DNA from: Octopus sinensis
Taxonomy: Eukaryota
Length of the DNA stretch: 64,000 bases
Direction: 5' to 3'
Assembly (NCBI RefSeq): GCF_006345805.1
Contig: NC_043003.1
Location: 35,092,001 to 35,156,000 of the forward strand
Every line of letters begins with the position of its first letter. Position 1 is the stretch's first letter. The position numbers were made by a program, and so were the translations under genes. The notes beneath the pieces were generated by a model. The model was not told where the DNA came from. It was given only the letters and a program-made list of their open reading frames with translations, and did no database searches. Below, piece after piece: positions 27,231-39,395 of the stretch.

Positions 27231-30200
27231 TGTGCTTTGTTGTATCAACAGAACATTGCGTTTATATTGCATATTTTATATTTTTCATTCCGGTTCTATC
27301 CATATTTATTGGGACAATTCCTGGAGCATCAAGTATAAATATATTCTTGAGCGATTTTTATAGTGTCGGGGGAGGGGCAAAAAAGTTTACAGCGAATTTA
27401 TTTGACTTTTAAGAGAGTAAGATGACACCTCATCAATGACGCGTAGCCTCTTCATATATTTTGAGAAAGTTGCAATATATTGAATTCTAGTCGTGTAGAG
27501 TAACATAACCACTAGCCGATTCAATTCATCTTTGGCTGTGTTTTGAAGATAATGAGACTGTTATATCGATGGAATCATATTTAATGATGAGAATATTGAA
27601 CAAATGCAGAAAGTGTAACCAATGTTATGAGTGATCATGGCTTCTGATGCAGAATCGTGAGATGTTCATACAAAGACGACCGAGGCACACGAACATACTC
27701 ACAAATTCCTAAATACAATCTAAAATTTTCTTTCCAATGAAATCCCCACAGAATAACAAACATGGCAAATGTTTACAGTGACAAAAGCAGTTAATTAAAG
27801 CACGATTTAACTCGTTCATATTCTCCTCTATCTTGTTCTCTATAGAAATCGCACTATGATTCCCTTCAGCCAGGTTTTGAAGAATTTGCAGCCGCTTTTT
27901 ATTTGTTTTGTATATGTTTCTGTTTTAATTTCAACAATCGTTCATTAATGTTTCCAAAGCGAAATTAGCTAAGCCCTTATCAAAATAACAAAATTGTATT
28001 TTAATATGAAATAATTTCATTTTTTGAACATTTTTTTGTCATTGTTATTATCGTTTTTGCTCATATTTTTTTAATACAATTCTAGTTTTTCTTTTTCACA
28101 ATATAGAGAATTTGTAAAAAAATCTATATGATTCTTTGGTTGAAGTTTTAGTTATTTATTAATACTAAAATACAGTAATAATCCTTCGAAAATCATTTAT
28201 GTTATTATTTAAAAATTAGTAAAACCCTACCCTCGACATAAAGTGAAAGGTAGGAATTGAAGACTTTGTTTTGAAGTTCTAGGGAAAGATATGGCAAACG
28301 AAAGTTGTGGTGGGATACAGCTGATATTCATACTTTCTTTTTTATGAAAGGAACGTAATACAAAAATATAGCCACACCTGGAAATTTGAGACAAACACAT
28401 AGAACTTTTATTTTTTCCATATCTACAGCGTTTTCTACTGCATAACTTAAAACAAAATTAACTCTATTATTTGACAAGAATTATGGGCACAAACTGAAAT
28501 TTAATAAAATAGTTGATGTGCTAATCATGAAGCGATTGTAAAGTCTGTACCTGTCAAAGATATATGAAGATTTTAATCAATAGTTTCAGAAAATACAATT
28601 TTCACATAGCAAAAAAGTTACTAAGTAAATTTTTATCTTAGTGGTTGGAAGGTTGATTCGGTACAAGCTAGAAGAATCATATTTTACACATTTCAGAAAC
28701 GGGATATATTTTTTACAGACATATGGAAAACACGCTTCAACTCACGAAGTATTCCGTAGCTGAGTAGTCTATCAATTTTCCTCTGGTAAAATAGGACTGA
28801 GTATAGATAGATGCATGCAAAAGCATAAATACTGTGGCACATCACAAAATGACTACAAATCTATGCTTCATCATCAAAATGCTGGTTCCTTTCTGTGGGA
28901 ACCTTGATTTTTCCAGTTGTATGTTGTTCATGTTTAGAGAGACTATATAAATTTAGTTTTTGATATGTACATTAGTTGTCATATATCACAGCATCATATG
29001 GTGTTTTCAAGGTTTCTTTGAATTGATTCAGTTCATATCTATCTTGGAGTTTTGTATAGATAACACCAAATTGCTGAAAGCATATATGTGTTCTCTCACT
29101 TCCACAATAGAGGGTGTAGTTGAAAGTTACAGGAATTAGTTTGTTGATATTTAGGAAGGAATACGAGCGAAAAGTCGAAACTTCATATGCATCCGCGTTG
29201 ATGGACTGTTACTCACAAATCTTTCATCAACAATTGCCACGTTGAAAAACTGTATCGAAACGAAAAAACAAATGGATGGAACCTTTAGTCGAAGACTTTC
29301 GTTACGATACTCAGATGCCAGGTATTGCCCGATATCTTTCCGATGTCCAGTGAAATAAATATTGCTTTTGCAAAGCTAAAACGGGATGAGAAGTGCGTCT
29401 GGCTCACGTGATGTTCGTGTAGTCGTGGTAATAGAGATAGATTTTTGTGACTATAATAATCTTGTGTTTCGATACAAGTATTTTCTTCATGCATGCAGAA
29501 AATAAAAATATTTTATACACAACCATATTAGCCCGCTAGGGATCTCTTTCATGGTACCACGATTCGGAATAATGACAAGTCACTTTTCTCTCAAACCTTA
29601 CCCTTTTATATTAAGTATATATACGGGAATACATGAACCGACAAGCAAGAACACTGCATGATAGCTAGATATGTTACAAATAGCAGCTAATTCTTCTTAA
29701 AACTATACTCTTCTGTCACGTGTCACTTTAATGTGCGTTTGTGTACGTGCAAGCGTGTGCGCGGGCGTATTCAATTTTGCCTTAATTAGGTTCCTACACT
29801 GAATATTGCTGTCTCACATGTATGATTGTAAGGTGTTTTAGCGCAGTATTTGTTATTCATAAATCTGTACATATTTACGAATGGATGTGTACTTAAGTAT
29901 AATATTATGTGCACACACACACCTATATATATATATATGGATTGTGTGATAGGAAAATAGTTAGGCATGCATACACACACACACACACAGATACATACAA
30001 GTTCATGTCTCAGTGCATGAACATGCAATAATGCATCTGTACATATAGTAAATGTAGTCTGCATGTGTATATTTCAAGATAATGTATAATTATTTCTAGT
30101 TGGACATTTCTGTACAATTGTTTCGAAGTGCGTGCGCCTCTCTGTGCGTGTTTGTCTTATACTTTCTTTAGAACACCATAGCCTGAGACAAACATGGACA

Positions 30201-33200
30201 TTGTGCTCTGGGTCAGGTTATCAGAAACATCAACACAAGCTTACATAAGGATCTAATTAGGATGCTCCTTCTTATAACCTCACTTGAAATACCTCACCTT
30301 TCTCTTTCTCTCTCTCTCTTTCTCCCTAAGTCCTTCTCTCCACCACTCTACTCTTATCAGCTTTTCTTTTATTCAGGTCGCCATAACTTTTCTTTTTTCG
30401 ACCACATTCACAAAATAGGCACATCTCAGGCACATCGTATTTAAATGCATGCTAATTTAGCTAATCACGTACACATATCTCCCCCATGTCGTCTCATTCT
30501 CCTTTTACTTTCTTCCTCGCATTTTTACTCCTATTCTTCTTATAACTCTTCCCAACTCTCGGGCTCTTTCTCACGTTTGCAAACATTCCTTTATACTTCA
30601 ATTTCTTTCCTTTTTATTTTGCCTCTTCTAACTAGCTTTTATTTCAGTCTAATCTTTACACAGTCACTTTTCTTTTACCCTCCACTCGCTCTCTCACTCT
30701 TTCTCTCTTTCTCCCTCCCTCTCTCTCTCTCTTTATCTCTCCCTCTCTCTCTTTATCTCTCTCTCTCTCTCTCTCTCTCCGTCGTCTTTGTTCTCATTTT
30801 GCGTTTCTCCCCATTCTATTCTTTGCTATTTCCGCGTTTTCTCGATCTTTCAACTTCCTCTTTCTTTCAAATACGTAAACACCTGTACGTGCATTTTTCG
30901 ATCTCCGTTGTCTCTCCCTTTCTATCTATATCTATTCTCTCAGTATTTCCCTCTATATATCAGGCTTCCACTTTTTATCGACTCTTATTTTCCTCTTCAC
31001 TTTGGATTACATTTTCATATCTCAATTACGCACTCTTTCAATTTTCTCTCACTTTCTTTCCCACTACTTCGACCATTCTAGGACCCACTCCTCTCTCTCC
31101 TTTCTCTCTCTTTCTTACCACATACATAAATTCGTGGACAACCCTCTTCACAAACGTAAATTTTCTTTCATTTTCGTCAGAACCTCAATATTTCTAATAA
31201 TCTTCTCATCATTCTTCTAACATCTCTCCCAAGTTCTCACCCCTTTTTGACTCTCTTTCTCACGCTCCCATTTCTTTCCACTATCTCGCCAGCTACAAAC
31301 ACATTTTCTTTATTTTTCTCCTCTTTCTCTTTCTCTTCATTCTGATATCAAACCATCCCAATTTCAATCTCTCCATTTTTCTCGTTTTCTCACTTTCACC
31401 TCACTTCATGAATTTATTAATGTTTCTATCTGTCTTTTTCAACTCTCCTCCATTTTCTCTTCTTTCTTTTGTTTTCTCAATCTCTTCTCCTCTCTACCAT
31501 CCTATATCACACTTTCACTACACACAGAAATATGTTTGCAAGCGTACGATTCGCTCATAAAAAAAAAGAAGAAAAAGACACGTTGAATCCGCCGATGGCT
31601 TTAACATCCGATTCTTCTTGCACAGGTTCGAAGCACGAGTTCGTGACAACAGCAAGCCGCTCTCCGGTGCTTAACAGCGTGACGACTTCTAATTACTTCC
31701 ATTATCTCTCCTTTCCACATTCTTTTGACTCCATCGTCGCGAACCTCATAAGTCAGTATCGACACCGACAAATAACCCCGTCGTCGTCGCTAACAACACC
31801 GCTATCATTACCGTCGTTGACTCCACCAACATAACCATCATCATTATCATCATCGTAGTAATGATACAGATTTTCGATAAGATCATTTCTCATCTTCTTT
31901 CTCATCAAAATAGCATTCAATTCTTTCTTAGTGTCACCAGTCATACTCAGTGTCGTTCTCCTTTTACTTCTCTTTCTCATTCTCCTCCTCCTTTCATCGA
32001 GATCATCATCACACTATGATTGATTATCATCGGCTTTCTTATCATCATTAACATGAGTATCGTAATTCTCATTTTATCACTTTCGTCGTCGTTGCCATCA
32101 TCACAGTAGTCATCATCATTGTCATCGTCGTCATCATTATCACCGTCGCCATCACGTCATCGTCGTCGTCTTCATCATCGTACCATGGGCAGCAGTAGCA
32201 GCAGCAGCTATGAGATTATTATATGCTAATGATTAAAAGCATGATTTCGTGTTATCGTTGTCACCATTAACACCATCACGACTTCACACTCACGATCATA
32301 CCCCTCATTATCATTATCACTAACACTGTAAGCAATATAATTGATGTTGTGGTTGTCATCATTTCTAGCAGTGTATCTAAATAAAAGTACATCAATTATA
32401 ACCATCACCATGGTGTATGTCGTTAATAATAATAAAAAATAACTGCCTTCTATATTTTACATCATTAGTGCTTATAGTGACTTGTTTAGTGTGGTGGTTG
32501 CAAGTCTTTATCGAAGTATATCAGCAAATCTCCCTGTCTTTATATATTTCTGTTTCTCTTCACTTCTCCCTTTTTTATCATAGTTCTTTGTTTAATATAG
32601 ACATATAAGCATAAATAATTCAAATCCACATAACTGTACACCGATAACATCAGACCGCGGAAGTCACATACACATAAGTGAATACACAAAGACATACTCA
32701 TGTATAAAGACATAAGAAATGTATGCATTAATGGCTTCTACAGGAAGAAAATACATTTGAGTTCATGTTAACATGCTTAGTGTAGTACATATCCCAATTG
32801 ATAATCATTTATATCATCTGCTCATCACCCGAAATGCTGTATCTTAAATTGTCAGATAAAAAGAAGCTTTAGCTATTTATTCTTACAAAGATGAAATAAT
32901 ATTTCAAGACTAATGCTTTTTTTTTTTTCTTTTTTTTTCAGAAAGAAGTTAAAATGTCATGTAAAACTGTATGCTTATTACTGGTTTGTCAGAATCATAG
33001 GTACTCAGGCAAATAAGTATAACCCTAGATATATGATATGATAGCAAGAGCGATGGCTACATGGATGCAAATGTATTTACCCATCTCATTTTATATTTAC
33101 CAGTTTGTCAATCTGAATAAAAGAAAATGAGAGAATGTTTAAGAAGGGCAATATAAAATAAATTAAATCAGGACAAACTAGCTGAAGTACAGGACAATAT

Positions 33201-33371
33201 TTAATACTTGATAAGTTTATACACAGTGATTAAAGACCCTGATGAAAGGAAATATTACCGGACAGAGGCTGGCTTTCTATCCAATGCAATTTTACATATT
33301 CACTCACGCACACATACACATGCATGTTTATATATAAACAAGCCTACACAAACATACACAAATATTGGTTT

Positions 33372-33505
33372 CAAATTCTGACACAAGACCTGCATTTCCA
33401 GGAAAGGGTTAATTCGATTATATCGACCCCGGTGCTCACTTGGTTCTTATTTTATCGACCCTGACAGAATGAATTTAAAGATGACCATCACAGAATTTGA
33501 AATCA
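33372..33505 (-). mobile_element. SINE family B, 5'-truncated diverged copy
   Basis: TCGATTATATCGACCCCGGTGCTCACTTGGTTCTTATTTTATCGACCCTGACAGAATGAA...GAATTTGAAATCAG is the reverse complement of the family B core. Confidence 0.75.
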
Positions 33506-33775
33506 GCTATAATTATAGCTCGTTTTAGATTTCGTATGTTTTATTGCACTTAGTGCAACTATGTATGTTTATGAATATATTTTATGTATATGTACGCATA
33601 TAGATTTATGTGTATTTTTAAAGCCCTAATAATCCTTGAATATTATATAACTTCTTTCAAGTCTCCTTCCTGATTCGATACGTGCATTTCACACTCCACG
33701 ACTTTTCTTCTTTACGGCTAGCGAAGTTGTTGCTATTTCGTTTCTCGCCTCGTAGTTCTGGCCAAGAATTTTTTC

Positions 33776-33796
33776 TGTTGTTGTTGTTGTTGTTGC

Positions 33797-33870
<74 letters not shown>
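33776..33870. repeat. (TTG)n(ATT)n compound microsatellite
   Basis: Directly visible; reads (AAT)n on the minus strand, downstream of the LINE remnant. Confidence 0.95.
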
Positions 33871-33871
<1 letters not shown>

Positions 33872-34329
33872 ATATGTGCGCACAGCGACTAAACCGTTCT
33901 GCTTGCAGTCGTGCAGTGTTCAGGTATTGCTGATTTATGGAATTCTCTCGAAAAGCTGTTATCAGGCGTGGGACAAATCCAACTACCGGTTAAATTCCTT
34001 GTGAGATTCGCCCTACCAGTTACCTTTAACAAAGCAGGGTAGGTGGTATCCCTCTGTCTATTGGTTATGGTGAAAGAGGTTGCGTGGTGGACGAGTTAGT
34101 AAGGTAAGATACCTTCCTGTTCGATAAAGCGCTCAACGTCTTTTTTATGTTCTCTTTCGGAAGAAATGTTGGGGTGGAGAGGGAATTTGTTAAAAAATGG
34201 ATGAGTGTGGCAAAAATAGTAAGAGTGAATGTTTCTACTCCAAGTATGTGTCTGTAGTATAGAAAGTTGGAGAGAATACTCGAGCCTTTAGTGGTCAGTA
34301 TCTGTGGGGTTCTTTGATTTTTTCTTGAG

Positions 34330-35465
34330 TATTTTCTGTATCAGGGCGTCTGCATCAACCAGATACAATATGAGTTGTTGTTCCTTCTCCTATCACATAT
34401 TCTTCAGTTTCTTATTGCATTCTTCCTTGTGTGATTTGGTGAATTCTAGTGGGAAGAAATTAAAATCCCCTTCGTCCTCTGCTTTTTGACCCGAACTTCT
34501 TAACTAATGTTGAGATTTTATTATGTCAGATTTTAGTTGCTTTACAGCTTTTGATGCTGCTTTACAACTTTTCATGTTCCTTTTTTTCTTCACAGTTTTT
34601 AGGTATTATGACCACTTCCTTGTATTTTTCGGTATCTTTAACGATGCAAAATAGTTTCTTCGGTTTGTTTATACTTCGTTGCTCTCAATTTTCCCTCGTT
34701 CTGACTTAAATATTCTACAGTCCAATGGGGAATATTTTGTAGTTGTCTAGTAGTATAAGTCCTCTACCACTTTGTTAGCGGATGATGTGTTTTATTATCC
34801 GTCATAATTTTTCCTATTCTCCAGTCTATTTTTTGGCCAGTTCATTTAATGTCGAGTTAAGAATATTGTCATTGTAAGTTATAACTAGGACAGCTCGAGT
34901 ATTTTACTTATTATATTATTTTTCGCGTCGAACTCTCATTGAAGTATTAATTTAATTTGTCTATAATATTCCATCCTTATCGTATATTTCATATGTGTGT
35001 GTGTTGTGTTTGTTTTAAGTTGTGATGTGTCGTATCTTGTTCATTGATTCCTAAACATGTGTATGTGCGAGTTAGGTATGGTCCTCTTATTCCATATTCT
35101 TTATCTAGTTTGATATTGTTATTCTTAATTAGTTTTCTTCTTTTCAAGGTCCCTTTAGCACATTTCATATTTATTTCTTTGGTAAATCCATGCACTTTCT
35201 GTAGTAATGATTCTAGTTGTTTATCATTTGCAGCGTACACTTTGAGTTCATCTATATGAAAGCAATGGTTGATGGTTTTACCATAGCTATTGTATCCACA
35301 GTTCTGTTTATCATGTTTATCACAGTTTGTATCTGTTTATCATGTTAATCACAGTCTGTATCCACAGTTCTCCTTATCATGTCGGTTAAAGGCGTTAGTG
35401 TCAGACAGAAAAGGAGTGAAGAAAGCAAGTATTCTTGGAATATCGTTCTTCTAATGGTATGGCTT
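34330..35465 (-). mobile_element. Decayed non-LTR retrotransposon (R4/Dong-like LINE): reverse transcriptase to CCHC knuckle, with frameshifts and stops
   Basis: Minus-strand translation gives RTIFQEYLLSSLLFCLTLTPLTDM (35380-35460; cf. RGIFQGDSLSPLLF), KTINHCFHIDELKVYAANDKQLESLL (HIDE at 35247-35258 in the YMDD position), KCAKGTLKRRKL..TYTCLGINE, EYYRQIKLIL, GRGLILLD, and *RICD..THIVSG* (34355-34406, CCHC remnant). These motifs and their order are typical of R4/Dong elements. Confidence 0.85.
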
Positions 35466-36357
35466 TATTATCATCATCGTCGTCGTAGTCATCATCATTG
35501 TATATTGTGTGTGCACATGTGTGAGCTTTGGTGTATATGGCATGTGGGGCGATGCATGAATTTTTATACTGATGTCCAAGCTGATGTGGATTTATATTTA
35601 TGCGCATTTCTGATATATGTGTGTATATGCCTGTTGTGTATATGTGTATGTGTGTGCTTTGTGAATGCATATATATTCATCCATGTTAGTAACAATTTTC
35701 AGGAATTAATACTCTTTCTTGCACGTAAACTTAAAATTTATCCGCTTACATAACAAATTTTTGTACTTATAACTATGTATAACTACATATATGCATATAA
35801 GTATAATGCTCTTTACACCCACAGATATATTCATATACACATTCTCGTGAACATTCATACAGAGATACATAAACAAACGCATAGACACAAATCGAAATTA
35901 TTACTGAGCATATTTTAAACATCTACTTAAACACCAGTATGTTTGCTCACTGACTTAATACATATATACTAACCAGCCATGATATAACAAACACATTATA
36001 CGTTTAGTCCAACTCATACTATCTCCACATATTTTTTGTGTGTATTTATTTACATACTTATTTATCTACTTAGAGTTTCGCTTCTTGCATTTTACAAATT
36101 CACACGTCATGTTTGTTACCTGCAACAGACTTATTAATCCGCCTGCTTCAAACGAAAGAGAAAAAGATTTGAAATGATATATGTATATAGAAGTACACAT
36201 TCACATGTATACATGTGAGTGCATTAGTGTGTTTATCATCTTATTAACATACACGAATTTGTATATTCCTACGTCAGCGCGTTAGAATTGATATATGGGA
36301 GTCAGGGCCAGGGGAGGTAGTGAAAAATATGACCCTGTATATATCTCTACGTGTAAG

Positions 36358-36388
<31 letters not shown>

Positions 36389-36909
36389 TTGCACATGCAC
36401 ACACACATTGTATATATAGGAAGATATAAACATAGAACTTTTGCTACAGAAGAAAGACACTTGCAGTGTTTTGTAGCTGACGACGCAGAGCAATGTCGAA
36501 ACATTCTAAGATCAAATGACGTCACTCACAGACTTATATGTCGCCTTAGAGGATATTTTTGCACCCGACACAATTTAATCAGTCTGCGAAGGATTACCAC
36601 ATCCGAGAACACACAAACTTGCTAGATATGAGTGTACACAAATACACACACACACACACACGCATACCCACACGTGTGTATATATACACTCTGCTTGTAA
36701 TTAGAGGCATATGTTTGAAATGTACATCGTTGCATTCAGTGACCAACCTGGGAGTATCTAAAAAGAATTTCGACCTGGCAGCGAGAGATCCTTAATATCT
36801 CTCGTATCACAACGCGTTTTCCTCGAAATAGGTCACACTGAATTATGTAGTTATTGATATATTATGTGTCTCTATCTCCTTGCCTTCCGCCTGCCTTCTC
36901 TCTCCCTCT

Positions 36910-36927
36910 CTCTCTATCTATCTAGCC

Positions 36928-37005
<78 letters not shown>

Positions 37006-37015
37006 TTATCTAGCC

Positions 37016-37095
<80 letters not shown>

Positions 37096-37187
37096 GTCTG
37101 TCTGTCTATCTGTCTGTTTGTGTGTCTATCTATCTATCTATATGTCTATCTATCAATCTATCAATCAATCTATCTATCTATCTTATT

Positions 37188-37220
<33 letters not shown>

Positions 37221-37704
37221 GGGCTCTTAGGAGCATAGTTCGATTTGGTTTTTGCTCCGCCTCTGTTCTGTTTTTGTTTCTATAACGGATTTCCTTTTTT
37301 CTTCCTGAAGAGAAAGACACAATATGGTCCCATTATTCAATCGGATTTTGGTAATTTGTGCCTTTCGAAACACGTGTAGAATGAAATAAAACGATTTCTG
37401 TTCAATCTGCGTTCAGCTCCATTTCTTCAATTCACCAATAATGTTTTAATTTCAATTATCCGCACCAACGCACGGTTGCAACGCCAGATGGTTGTACCTC
37501 CAACCGTGCTGTTTACTGCTGTGATTTTTGCTACTAAGGTATCGGTTAACTTTTGATTAATCTACAACAAGATTATTCATCTTTCTATTTCACATAATAT
37601 ATATATATATATATATATCTGTCTGTCTGTCTGTTTGTGTGTCTATCTATCTATCTATCTATCAATATATCTATCTATCAATCTATCTATCTACCTTATT
37701 TCTA

Positions 37705-37735
<31 letters not shown>

Positions 37736-37800
37736 CTATCTATCTCTCTATCTCTCTATCTCTCTATCTATCCATCTATCTATATATCTATCTATCTATG
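36910..37800. repeat. Two (TATC)n arrays (about 36910-37220 and 37597-37800)
   Basis: Directly visible; source of the LSIY-repeat ORFs. Confidence 0.9.
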
Positions 37801-38710
37801 TGTGTGTGTTTATATGCCTCTGTGTATTTGGGAGCATTCTAATTTATCTAGCTAATCATACTTTTTTCTATATATTTCTAGGTCCAGTTACCTTTTTATT
37901 CATATATGCATCTTTCTTCCTAACTATGCTGTCATTAACTATCCTTTTATCCCTCTCTCTACCAATCTGACATTCTATTTAAAAAAAAAATATTATGCAT
38001 GAGAGTATATGCACGCATTTACCAAAATTGGTAGAGATATTGGCAGGCATCAAATAAAAAAAATCATGTTAACATTTCTTTTCCCTGACATCTTCATGAA
38101 GTTGAGCTAATCGCGGCACTTTTGATTTAGCAGAGGTCACGCATCATCCTGCGAACAGACGATGCAGGAAATGGTGGTGGGGTATTTCAGAAACAGCGGC
38201 GGGAATACATCGCGTCGTGATTTTTGTAGATTAGTGTTCACTGTTGGAGTTCATGAAGCAGGAAAGCAATGGCTGAATGAACAGGATAAGTGAGAGTGAA
38301 AAAGAGAGCGTATATGCGAATATGTACACGTGTGTGTGTGTGTGCGTGAGAAAGAAAGAAAGAGAGAGAGAGAGCGTGGCGGGATTAGGTAAGAAAATTA
38401 GTGAAATACATGTGAGACAAAGAAAGAAAGAGTATTGAATGAGAGAAATAGTGAACAGTGAAAAAGTCAAATAGTAATCTTCTGAAGAATTGTATACAAT
38501 ATTAATTTTGAATGTACAAATGAGCATATATACCTCGATCAATCTGGCCAGTATAAGCAAATTATCTAGAATTATTGAATTAACGAGATGGGAAAATGTT
38601 CAGGTAGATGATGTGAATATATAGCTATGGATTGAAGTCTATCCAGAAAAAAACTCTTGGTAAAACTAAATCATTTTTTTTAAGATGAAGAAAAATGTGA
38701 TATATACATT

Positions 38711-38748
<38 letters not shown>

Positions 38749-38953
38749 TGTATATATAAAAACGCGTGTGTTTACTACGATTAAGATAGAGAAGCATTTT
38801 TTATTTTTAAAAAATCCTACAGAAATGGAGATTGTAGAAATGTGGGTATAAAATATAGATAAGACATAATGATTCAGTTAGAATTTTGAAGAAGCGACTA
38901 TATAGGAGTCGAATTTCATCGACCCGTGGAAGAGTGATGGATTCAAATATATT

Positions 38954-39171
38954 CCTTTTTAATCTAGGCACAATGCCCGAAATTTCGAGGGGTGGGTCAG
39001 TCGATTAGATCGACCCCAGCAATTGGTACTTAATTTATTGACCCCGAAAGAATGAAAGGAAAAGTCGATTCCGGCGGAATTTGAACTCGGAACGTAAGGA
39101 CAGACGAATTACCGCTGAGCATTTCGATCGACGTGCTAACATTTCTGCCAGCTTATGGATTCTGCCACCTT
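38954..39171 (-). mobile_element. SINE family B copy flanked by a 17-bp target-site duplication
   Basis: Reverse complement of family B; the exact direct repeat ATGGATTCAAATATATT lies at 38937-38953 and 39172-39188. Confidence 0.9.
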
Positions 39172-39234
39172 ATGGATTCAAATATATTAATATATTAAGG
39201 GTATATGAATTAAGTTAGGTCCTTTTAATAATCT

Positions 39235-39395
39235 TTTCTGCTATAGGCACAGGACCCAAAAGTTCTGGGGAGTTAGTATGTCGATTTCATCGGCCCCAGT
39301 GCTCAACCCGTACTTATTTTATCGACACCGAAAGGATGAAAAGCAAAGTCGACTCAAAAGGTAATTACGGCTGAAATGCCACTAAACATTCTGCT
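39235..39395 (-). mobile_element. SINE family B, partial copy
   Basis: GTCGATTTCATCGGCCCCAGTGCTCAACCCGTACTTATTTTATCGACACCGAAAGGATGAAAAGCAAAGTCGAC is the reverse complement of the family B core. Confidence 0.8.

Noticed and set aside
33505-33520. 16-bp perfect palindrome AGCTATAATTATAGCT
   Set aside because: AT-rich palindromes of this length are expected at roughly this frequency in a window of this size.
23816-36524. Two perfect CRE palindromes TGACGTCA (23816-23823 and 36517-36524)
   Set aside because: One or two 8-mers are expected by chance in 64 kb; no promoter context.
37311-37350. Splice-flanked 40-nt segment reading TQYGPIIQSDF, like the YGDIIQxDF motif of beta-1,3-galactosyltransferases
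   Set aside because: The key Asp is Pro, all three frames are open so frame choice is arbitrary, and no other motif of the family is nearby.
37340-37510. Possible mariner terminal repeat remnant (GTTGGTGCGGATAATT on the minus strand) and a 9-bp stem at 37470-37509
   Set aside because: No partner terminal repeat or convincing transposase translation found.
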